Positions 53,462-63,022 of a stretch of DNA of 64,000 nucleotides are shown one piece after another. Position numbers and translations under genes: made by a program. Position 1 is the stretch's first letter, and each line of letters starts with the position of its first letter. Source of the DNA: Phaeosaccion multiseriatum (taxonomy: Eukaryota > Protista > Ochrophyta, other classes); NCBI GenBank assembly GCA_965112735.1, contig OZ218953.1, positions 682,001-746,000 on the forward strand, read 5' to 3'. The notes beneath the pieces were generated by a model. That model had not been told where the DNA came from and made no database searches. It saw nothing but the letters and a program-made list of their open reading frames with translations.

Positions 53462-56400
53462 AGATAGAGCTGAGTCATGGAAGCGTGAGTACAGCGCAGC
53501 TGGACAAGGAGTTCAGATCCATATTGGTTCTTGAGAGCTTGGGCAGCAGACTGATTCTGGGCCGGCCTTTGCATAAGGCACTGGGCTTGGAGTCTTTGAC
53601 TGAGCAGTTGCACAGAGTGCACGAGAAACGGTCGGAGGAGACCCTGCAGAGGGAGCGTGACGACGCTTCCCCTGCGACAGGGGCTGCCCCGACTAAGCAG
53701 CATAGTGTTGAGAAGAGCGTGTGTTCTATGGGCGTTGAGACCATACAAGACTATGCCGATTTTGAGGCAAGCAACTTCCCCGTGCAAGTATTGGGGGTAG
53801 GAGCGCAGGAGGTTGCGGCCGAGAGCCCCCCTCCTGTCGCCAGTGCAGAGGCACCAGAGGTTAGCGCCATTGGCGGCCAACCGCTTAATAATAAAGACCG
53901 TGAAGAGTGTGAAGGTGTACCGGATACTATTCAAGGGCCATCAGAGGGAGTTCCCCCTTCTGAGGCACGCCGTAGAGAGGTGCTAGGTCCCATTGTGGAC
54001 AAAGCAATCACTGATCATGATTTCCCTGCGGAGCTGAGAGAGCCAATGATGGAAGCTCTCTTAGAGTTCGACGTGTGGCGGGAAGAGTTGCTCTTTAGCG
54101 ACGGCCCCGCTAACGTAGAGCCAATGGAGGTGACGTTTACCAATAAGGTACCGAGCTCCCGTCTCCCCATAAGGCAACAAGGCGCAAAGGGTGCTTTTGT
54201 AAATGACTTTTGCAACAAGTTGATAGACAAAGGCCTGGGTTATAGCAACCCGCAGAGCGCTCATGGCAGCCCGGCGTTTGCAGTGGGCAAACCCGGCAAG
54301 CCAGGCAAGTACCGTATCGTCTGCGACTTTCGCGAAGTCAATGAAAAGGTACAGAAGGTCGATTTTGGGATGATGAACATTGAAGACGCCGTAGCCTCCA
54401 TGTTGGGTTGCCTATGGTTCATCGAGATAGATGGGGTTGACATGTATTGGCAATTCCCACTAGGCAAGTTGAGCCAAGTTGCTCACACCTATATATTCCC
54501 AAATGGCAAAGTGACGCCAACTCGAGTACCCCAGGGGGCTAAGAACTCGGGCGCTTACGTCCAAGGCCAGATGACCCACCTCTTTCGCAAAGAGTTGTGC
54601 AAGACCCACGCCGTCTACATTGACAACGTAGCGTACTGGGCAAAGGTGGGAGAGGAGATGGTGAGTCTCACTCGACTGACGATGAAGCGCCTCCACAGCG
54701 CCAACATCAAGATAGGATTGAGCTCCTTCCGCTTCGGCAAAGAGCTTAAGTTCCTAGGCCGCGTGCACGACCGACGCGGCACACGACATGACCCCGCCAG
54801 AGTGCAGGGCCTGACCAGTCTCGCGGCCCCAGAGACGGCTGGAGATTTGATGACTTTCCTCTGCAGCCTGCAGTGGTTTCATCGATACATCAAGGACTTC
54901 GCTAAGCTAGTGGGTCCTTTGAACGCGCTGTTGAACAAAGCCCTCGGGCAGGCTAACGCTAAGCCTCATCAGCACAAGCGCTCCAAGGCAGTGGCCAAGA
55001 CGATTCCATTGGCTTCTGTGGGGTGGGACACAGAGCACGACGACGCTTTCTTCCAGATCAAGCGCGTTCTTGCACAGAACACGGTGCTGTCGCACCCAGA
55101 CCCAACCAAACTGGCACTGGTATTCCCAGATGCTAGTGACCTCTACTGGGGATGTATGATTACATACATAGACCCCAAAGAGCTGTGCCTTCCGGTACAT
55201 GAGATGAACCACATCCCGGTGGCCTTCGGCTCAGGCGCCTTTGAAGGCGCAGAGCTGAGGCGTGCCACCATCGACAAGGAAGGAGACGCGACACTCCGAG
55301 GCTTGATCCAGAACGAGTACGCTTTGGTCGGGGCACAGAAAGTGCACATCTTTTGCGACCATCGCAACTTGGCGTTCATGATGAGCAACGACAGCAAGTA
55401 CCCTGGCATGACTAAGCCTATGAGGGACAGGCTGCAGCGTCAGGCCGTGCGCCTTCAGAGCTTTGACTATGTCATTGTCCACTTCCCTGGTCATCTCCAT
55501 GATTGGGCCGACCCCATTAGCAGGCGGTACACGCACCCGGTGAGCCTCACCCCTAGTGTGCTCGCCTTGGGCAAGTTTGGACCCATGCAAGTGTTTGACA
55601 CTATGTGTGACGACTTCACTTGGCCCTCCACCACTGAGATTGCCAGTCTGCAGGCCGACGCTCTTCAGGAGCTCCAGCAGGCTAGCAAGGAGGTGGGAGA
55701 GAACGGGCGCCGCCTGCTCCTCTCATCAGTTGGCGACGACGGGTTGATTCGAGCGTGCCATCCGACGAGCAACCCCGCTGACAGCACCCGCATTTGGATT
55801 CCCTCGGTGGGAGCCAAGGCGGAAGACATGCACCTGAGGCTGTGTGTGACTGGCCATCAGGGTATGATGGGCCATCAGGGAGAGACAAACACCTTGAGTG
55901 CTATTAAGGAGAAGTTCATTTGGCACTCGCTAGACAAGGACGTGCGAAGCCTCGTTCAGAACTGTCTCCACTGCCTCACCAACGGCAAGGGCGAGAGAGT
56001 GCCTCGCCCCCTGCTAGCTCAATGGCACGCCACTGGACCCCAGCAACTCATCTGGTTTGACTTCGTCAAGATTGGCGATGGAGTCATATGGGCAGAGTCC
56101 CCAGAAGGGTTCATGAAGCTTCAGGTCAAGCAAGTGCTGTGCATCTTTGATGATTTTTCATCATTGTCAATGTATGAGCCATGTTTGGAAGCTACTGCAC
56201 GAGTGTGTGCACGCGGTCTGTTGCGCTGGTTCGCACAGCATGGCGTAGTGCCCAGGTGGCAGAGTGACCGAGGCAGTCATTTCCTAAATGAGGTGATACG
56301 TGAGTTAAGTCAGCTCTTGCGGTGCAACCACCACTTTGTGGTGGCACACAACCCATACAGTCGAGGATTGGGCGAGCGTGGTGTACAGACACTGCAGAAG

Positions 56401-57330
56401 ATCATGAGATCAATGATGTCTGAACTACGGCAGCCGCCCGAGACATGGCCGCAGCTACTGCCAGTGATGGAGGCTGTTGAGAACAGCTCCAACAAGAGCA
56501 GTCGGTCTAACTTGTCTCCCATCCAGCTGCACAGTGGTCACGTACCACAGCGGCCTCTCGACACGATTTTGATCCACGACGCGGATCGGATGCAAAAGGT
56601 TCGGCTACTGCAGCTGACCCCGGCGCAGAGAGACACCCTTGCGACACAACTCCATCAGAGGAAGGAGGGGCAGCGTGCCGAGGCGGCGCGCCAACTGACT
56701 ACCCTCCGCGATCACAAGCGCGATGGCATCAACCAGAGGTTGATGAGTGGCAGACGTGGTGCAGAGCATCGTCAGGACTTGGCCAGAGCTAAGCAGCTCA
56801 ACAGCGAGACGCTGTTTCAGGTCGGAGTCTACGTACTCGTTGCAACAGTAGGGCCTACAAGCAAGATACTAGGCAAGTGGCATGGGCCCTGCCGAGTGCT
56901 TGAAGCCCTTGAGCAACACGTGTACAAGGTGGAGGAGCTTGTGGGCAAGAAGCGTACCTATGAGGTACACATCAGCCGGCTCCGCTACTACTGCGGTGCT
57001 CACGTTAACGTCACCACCGACGTACTTCAACAGATTTCGTATAACACCCAAGACTTTGTGGTGGAGGCCTTTGAAGGCCTCGTTAAGCACGCAGATGATT
57101 CATGGCACGTCATTGTTAAGTGGCGTGGCTTTGACGCCCTCGAGAATAGCGAGGAGCCCATCGAGGCGCTGCACGAAGATACTCCACGTTTACTGGAGAC
57201 CTACCTGCAGCACCATCAGGACAAGCAGTTGATCAGCGCAGTCCGAGCCTATCTGCGCAAGACTACGACGCGATCGGCTACTAAGCCGCTGCGCTCCGCG
57301 CGCACACGAAAGCGGACACAAACTAGATGA
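53462..57330 (+). CDS. pol: Pol: protease C-half, reverse transcriptase, RNase H, integrase, chromodomain
   Basis: LILGRP; YRIVCDFREVN; EIDGVDMYWQ; RVPQGAKNS; YIDN; KFLGR; RNase H PDAS..DKEG..CDHRNL..WADPISR; integrase H..H..CLHC, WFDFV, QSDRGSHF, GLGER; chromodomain VIVKWRGFDALENSEEP. Same frame as gag. Confidence 0.93.
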
Positions 57331-57369
57331 TAAACACACTTACTTCCCAGTTGGCTCGAACTATCGCTT

Positions 57370-57377
57370 GGGGGTAG
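57370..57377 (+). other. Polypurine tract
   Basis: GGGGGTAG immediately upstream of the 3' LTR. Confidence 0.7.
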
Positions 57378-57625
57378 TGTGGTAGATTGTCCTGCCTGAG
57401 GGTTTCCGGTCACACATTCTGGGGTATAATAAGAATGTCGGTTTCCTAGGCACGCCCCGAGGGGGTTCAACGGCTCTAGCGTTTCACCCTCCTCTTTGTG
57501 GGCACAAGCTTTGCATCAGCAAGTAGTAGAGATATATTATCAATACGGACACTGACGCCCCACCATAGGCGCAGCATATACTTAGTCCAAACCCCTTAAC
57601 GTTTCTACTATCTTAGCTTAGCACA
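57378..57625 (+). repeat. 3' LTR (248 bp)
   Basis: Appears identical to the 5' LTR. Confidence 0.97.
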
Positions 57626-58717
57626 ATGCCCACAGGAAACAGAGAGGATCGAAAAAAAAGGGATAGATGCCCACAGGAAACAGAGAGGATCGAAAAAAAA
57701 GGGATAGATGCCCACAGGAAACAGAGAGGATCGAAAAAAAAGGGATAGATGCCCACAGGAAACAGAGAGGATCGAAAAAAAAGGAGTAGATGCCCACAGG
57801 AAACAGAGAGGATCGAAAAAAAAGGGATAGATGCCCACAGGAAACAGAGAGGATCGAAAAAACGGGATAGATGCCCACAGGAAACAGAGAGGATCGAAAA
57901 AAAAGGGATAGATGCCCACAGGAAACAGAGAGGATCGAAAAAAAAGGGATAGATGCCCACAGGAAACAGAGAGGATCGAAAAAAAAGGGATAGATGCCCA
58001 CAGGAAACAGAGAGGATCGAAAAAAAAGGGATAGATGCCCACAGGAAACAGAGAGGATCGAAAAAAAAAGGGATAGATGCCCACAGGAAACAGAGAGGAT
58101 CGAAAAAAAGGGATAGATGCCCACAGGAAACAGAGAGGATCGAAAAAAAAGGGATAGATGCCCACAGGAAACAGAGAGGATCGAAAAAAAAGGGATAGAT
58201 GCCCACAGGAAACAGAGAGGATCGAAAAAAAAGGAGTAGATGCCCACAGGAAACAGAGAGGATCGAAAAAAAAGGGATAGATGCCCACAGGAAACAGAGA
58301 GGATCGAAAAAAAAGGGATAGATGCCCACAGGAAACAGAGAGGATCGAAAAAAAGGGATAGATGCCCACAGGAAACAGAGAGGATCGAAAAAAAAGGGAT
58401 AGATGCCCACAGGAAACAGAGAGGATCGAAAAAAAAGGGATAGATGCCCACAGGAAACAGAGAGGATCGAAAAAAAAGGAGTAGATGCCCACAGGAAACA
58501 GAGAGGATCGAAAAAAAAGGAATAGATGCCCACAGGAAACAGAGAGGATCGAAAAAAAAGGGATAGATGCCCACAGGAAACAGAGAGGATCGAAAAAAAA
58601 GGGATAGATGCCCACAGGAAACAGAGAGGATCGAAAAAAAAGGGATAGATGCCCACAGGAAACAGAGAGGATCGAAAAAAAAGGGATAGATGCCCACAGG
58701 AAACAGAGAGGATCGAA
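57626..58717. repeat. 41-bp tandem satellite, right arm (~26-27 units)
   Basis: Same unit; A-run varies 7-9; GGAGTAG variant at ~57783, 58233 and 58478. Confidence 0.97.
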
Positions 58718-59141
58718 CTCCCGACCTTTCGCTGACTTATCTCTGTCGAAATTCGAAGGCGAACATGATATCCACTACACTATGCTTGCCAGCAGATGAA
58801 ATTTCTTGCTATTTAATTGAAAAAACATGTTTTTTTGTCGTCTCATCTCCCCTTTAAGCTGGCCATGTTTATTTGTCGTCTCATCTCCCCTTCAAGCTGG
58901 CCTTACTAAAGCTGGCCTTAGAGGGAGCCGCAAATGTTTTTTTTTGTCTCATCTTACCTGTGGAAATTCGCCTCCAGACTGGCCTTAGTAAAGCCTAGGC
59001 CTAGAGGGAGCCGCAAATGTTTTTTTTTTCTCGTCTCGCCTATAAGTTCGGCGCCAGACGGCCTGCTTCCTGCTTCTGGGCCCTCAGCCAGAAGCATGTC
59101 AGGGGCCGACCTGTAATCAGATAATCTTGTACAGGGTCGAC

Positions 59142-59805
59142 TCCCCCCCTCCCTCCCTCCCTCCCTCCCTCCCTCCCTCCCTCCCTCCCTCCCTCTTTCC
59201 CTCCCTTTCCCCTCCCTCTCTCCCTCTCTCCCTCTCTCCCTCTCTCCCTCTCTTCCTCTCTCCCTCCCTCTCTCCCTCTCTCCCTCTCTCCCTCACCCCC
59301 ATCGCTCCCTCCCTCCCTCTCCTCCCTCCCTCCCTCCCTCCCTCCCTCCCTCCCTCCCTCCCTCCCTCCCTTCCTCCCTTCCTCCCTGCCTCCCTCCCTC
59401 CCTCCCTCCCTCCCTCCCTCCCTCCCTCCCTCCCTCCCTCCCTCCCTCCCTCCCTCCCTCCCTCCCTCCCTCCCTCCCTCCCTCCCTCCCTCCCTCCCTC
59501 CCTCCCTCCCTCCCTCCCTCCCTCCCTCCCTCCCTCCCTCCCTCCCTCCCTCCCTCCCTCCCTCCCTCCCTCCCTCCCTCCCTCCCTCCCTCCCCTCCCT
59601 CCCTCCCTCCCTCCCTCCCTCCCTCCCTCCCTCCCTCCCTCCCTCCCTCCCTCCCTCCCTCCCTCCCTCCCTCCCTCCCTCCCTCCCCCTCGCCCTCTCT
59701 CCCTCCCTCCCTCCCCCCCCCCCCCTCGCCCTCCCTCCCTCCCTCCCTTCCTTCCTTCCTCACTCCCTCCCTCCAACCCTCCCTCCTTCCCTCCCTCCCT
59801 CCCTC
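59142..59805. repeat. ~660-bp (CCCT)n polypyrimidine/polypurine tract
   Basis: Near-pure ccct tetramer run. Confidence 0.95.
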
Positions 59806-60179
59806 TTTCCCGGTATTCCTCCCTGTGGAAAGTCGATTCGCAAGTCAATGGCCCAGGCCCAGGCAGATACGGTGAGAACGGGTGGCGTGGCTCTCACTAT
59901 CCTTTGTGCGTAGGTGGTCGCTTAGGACTAGCATGCAATTCGTTAATAGAGGCAAGGCTGGCTGCTAGGCTGGCTTTGTGTCTAGTTCCATCCTATCTGT
60001 AGGCGACATGGGCACGTCGTTTTACATGCTCATGTCGTTTTACAATAGACAAGAGGAAGCGACGGTGGAGGCCGCGTCTACGCGTGGGCGACGCGTCAAG
60101 AAGCCCAAAGACTTCAAGGCATTGGCTGGCTCGTGGTACACGAGAGGAAGCAGAGAGTACTGACGGAAGCGAGGAGGTG

Positions 60180-60329
60180 GCTACTTGCCATATACGTAAA
60201 GAGGACAGCGACCACCAACACCTATTGCTGTATAAGACCTGCAACAAGCAGTTACATACTTATTGCCTTGTTTGGCCTCTGCCCGTGGTCCCTAAAGGGG
60301 ACTGGTACTGCCCAGAACACGAATGGTAG
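60180..60329 (+). pseudogene. Degenerate PHD finger fragment
   Basis: CHIRKEDSDHQHLLLYKTCNKQLHTYCLVWPLPVVPKGDWYCPEH: PHD spacing with the LLL..C...H..CL.P....P.GDWYCP signature; several Cys ligands are substituted (R, Y, terminal H). Confidence 0.7.
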
Positions 60330-60949
60330 GCACGCACGAGGAGGGTAGTGGAGAGGCCAAGGAAGGCAGTAGACGGCAGCAGGGAGGGACACGTTTTGAA
60401 CGCGAGTAGCGAGGGACGTGTTCAGCATCATAGATCAGGGGAATAAAGCAGATGTAAAGCGGAGATTTTTTTTTGGGTACTTTTTGGCCCCATCATCTGT
60501 CGCGAAGCCAGCCTACTAGACTAAAGAGGCCCCCATTAACTGGGCTGAAACCCGTCCAACACTAAAGTAACCCCGGATAGCCGATGCCAGGGGTACCATG
60601 CTCAAGCAAAAGCGCGTCAGGGGCGGCGGGCGGAACAAGCCCACAACTGACACCGCAGGCGCAGCGCGGCCGGCCGGCCGGTAGCATGTAGGAAATAGTA
60701 CTTGGGCGCCGGCGATGGCAGATAAAAGATAGCACGTCAGGGGTCCGTGCCCTCCTCCTCATCGCTTTCGTTCCGCTCTGCGGGGAGTGGCCGCAGAGCG
60801 GCTCCACCTCCTCTCCATCCGAAAAACATTGCATAATACGATCATACTAAAGACAGTTGGTCTTTATCTCAACATCCTTCCTCCCTTCCTTCCTTCCTTC
60901 CTCCTTCCCTTCTTTCTCCCTGCTCCTGCACCCCTTCCCTCCCTTCCTT

Positions 60950-62740
60950 ACCTGTCGTCGCTCTCCCCCCTCGCGGTCGTGGCCCTCCTGACTGTCATCC
61001 TCCTCCTCTGTGAAGCCGTGAAGGGCTGACAATGCGAGGTGCCCGAACCAAATCTCACACGCCCCGTTCTCCTTCAGGTGGTGCTGCTGGGGATGGGGTG
61101 GATGGCAGCGGGTCGGATCGCCGTGGGATGGCAGTGGAAGTAGAAGTGGGTGGCAGCGGGTCGGATGGCAGGGGATGGGGGGTATGGCAGTGGATGAGGT
61201 GGAGTGGTCGGGTAGGGTGGCGTGGCAGTGATACCCTACACTGACCCTGACACCCAACGGACTGTCCTGACCCCTGACACCCACCTCCAACACATCATCC
61301 CCACTGAGGTTTGGGTAAGAAAGTCCTCCTCTATTAGCAACACGGAAACTCAAAATACCGAGCACCCACAAGACTTCTTCTCATACCTATCACTGGTCCT
61401 CACACCCACCTCCAACACTCGTCCAAGCTGAGATTGGGTACAGTAAGTCTTCCTCTGTAAGGGAAAACACGCCTCGCTTTCACTCCCTTACTCTCACTCA
61501 CTCACTCACACACCTCACCCCTCACACCTCACTCCTCGCCCCACACCCCTCACACCTGACACCTCACCCCTCACACCTCACCACTCACCCCTCACCCCTC
61601 AAACCTCACCCCGCACACCCCACACCTCACACCTCACACCTCACCCCTCACACCTCACTCCTCACCCCTCACACCTCACTCCTCACACCTCACACCTCAC
61701 ACCTCACACCTCACCCCGCACACCTCAGCCACCCCTCACACCTCGCACCTCACACCTCACCCCTCACACCTCACTCCTCACCCCTCACACCTCACTCCTC
61801 ACCCCTCACACCTCACTCCTCACCCTGCACACCTCACCCCTCACACCTTCACACCTCACCCCTCACCCCTCACTCCTCACCCCTCACACCTCAATCCTCA
61901 CCCCTAACACCTCACCCCGCACACCTCACCCCTCACACCTCACCCCGCACACCTCACCCCTCACACCTCAAACCTCACCCCGCACACTCTCATACCCTTG
62001 CTCACCTCACTTTCCTCGGGCACCGTCTCGCGGATCGCCGCCAACTGATCTGGAGTAACCCCTCAGCAGTAGAAGAAGCCCTTGGTCATGGTGCCGTGTC
62101 CGTGGGAGTAGATGCTGACACCTCTTTCCCCAACCTTGCCCAATGCGACGGTACCCACTGCCTTCTCCACGCGGACCTGATGGCAGTGGATGAGATGCAT
62201 GTCAGTAAATGGGATGGATGGCAGTGGATGGGGAGTATTTAGGTATTTAGAGGCGTGTGGGAGGAGCTGTGCGGGAGGCGTCTGACTGACTGACTGACTG
62301 ACTGACTGAACGCCCACCCATTCACTCACCCAACCACGCACCCACCATCCACCCACCCATTGACTTACGAACCCCCGACTCACCGTTAGTATTGAGCACG
62401 CTGACACTCTTCTCGGTGAGCGGGTGGTGGTCTGTGAGTGAGAGTGAGAGAGAGAGAGCAAGTCAGTGCGAGTATACAATCGTAGACTGTCCGGTGTACT
62501 GAAAGAAGCCTCCTTCCTTCCTTCCTTCCTTCCTTGTATAATACAGTTTCAAACTAGAAGCCTGAAAGGAGGAGACAATCTTGCTCTGCAACCACTTCTC
62601 CTCAGACTCATGCAAGTGCCCTTGAGCCACGAGCTCTCGAACATGGTCCATGGCTCCAGCAAGCATGATGCGAGTGCACTGAAACCGAGGCTACTGCAGC
62701 TTCTGCCGTGGCTTGGTGGTGGTGATGGTGGTGGTGCCTG
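60950..62740 (-). pseudogene. Possible spliced gene or pseudogene of unknown function (exon-like segments ~60951-61075, 62005-62176, 62550-62740)
   Basis: Codon-like segments bounded by AG/GT and separated by intron-like microsatellite tracts; in-frame TGA at 62063-62065; no recognisable domain. Confidence 0.3.
61490..61990. repeat. (CCTCACA/CCTCACC)n heptamer-like satellite
   Basis: About 500 bp of ctcacac/ctcaccc units. Confidence 0.9.
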
Positions 62741-62856
62741 CGAATGTGAACCGGTCCCGACACACAAACGCACACACGCACACACACAGCCACACTTGGA
62801 CAAACGTAGCCATGCGAAACTATACGTAACCACACGTACCTGGTGGTTACGTATAG

Positions 62857-63022
62857 TCGACCCTTGACAAGGTTCTGAGGCGACCCAGGCCAGAACCTGG
62901 AACCTGGATCCAGGTTCAGGGGGACCTCATCATTGCCTTATTACACGGCTTTTCCGGGGAACCTGGAACCTATTACACGCTTTCCCCCAGAACCTGGAAC
63001 TCAGAACCTTGTCAGGGGTCGA
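62857..63022. mobile_element. Short TIR element (MITE-like), same terminal family as 50822 and 50964
   Basis: 23-bp TIR tcgacccttgacaaggttctgag / ctcagaaccttgtcaggggtcga (1 mismatch); internal gaacctggaac repeats. Confidence 0.75.

Larger units (their letters stand above)
51577..57625 (+). mobile_element. Full-length Ty3/Gypsy LTR retrotransposon (chromovirus-like)
   Basis: Two 248-bp LTRs that look identical (TGTG..CACA); gag-PR-RT-RH-IN-chromodomain order; PPT before the 3' LTR; 4-bp target duplication CTGC/ATGC (1 mismatch) inside a satellite unit. Confidence 0.96.
50964..59113. mobile_element. Putative non-autonomous TIR element enclosing the satellite and the LTR retrotransposon
   Basis: Left cagtcggcccctggcatgcttctg (50964-50987) pairs with right cagaagcatgtcaggggccgacctg (59089-59113), 1 gap plus 1 mismatch. 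Shared subterminal motifs (tgcttc.tgcttctgg, ggcgccag.cggcct, gcctaggccta) occur near both ends. Confidence 0.55.

Noticed and set aside
51577-57625. DIRS/Ngaro-type element with an internal complementary repeat
   Set aside because: It encodes a DDE integrase and a protease, not a tyrosine recombinase. The internal copy is a full LTR with its own 4-bp target duplication.
57608-58697. Long ORFs in all three minus frames (also 50838-51669)
   Set aside because: Translation artefacts of a stop-free 41-bp repeat.
51129-58717. 41-bp repeat array as a CRISPR array
   Set aside because: Units are head-to-tail with no unique spacers, there are no cas genes, and the context is eukaryotic.
59117-60002. 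GREG-/PPSL-repeat ORFs
   Set aside because: Translations of the (CCCT)n tract.
61490-61990. Interstitial telomeric repeat
   Set aside because: Units are heterogeneous CTCACAC/CTCACCC, not CCCTAA or CCCTAAA; the tract looks like the local intronic microsatellites.
62063-62065. In-frame TGA after Cys as selenocysteine
   Set aside because: No recognisable selenoprotein fold or SECIS is visible; a CGA-to-TGA lesion in a pseudogene is simpler.
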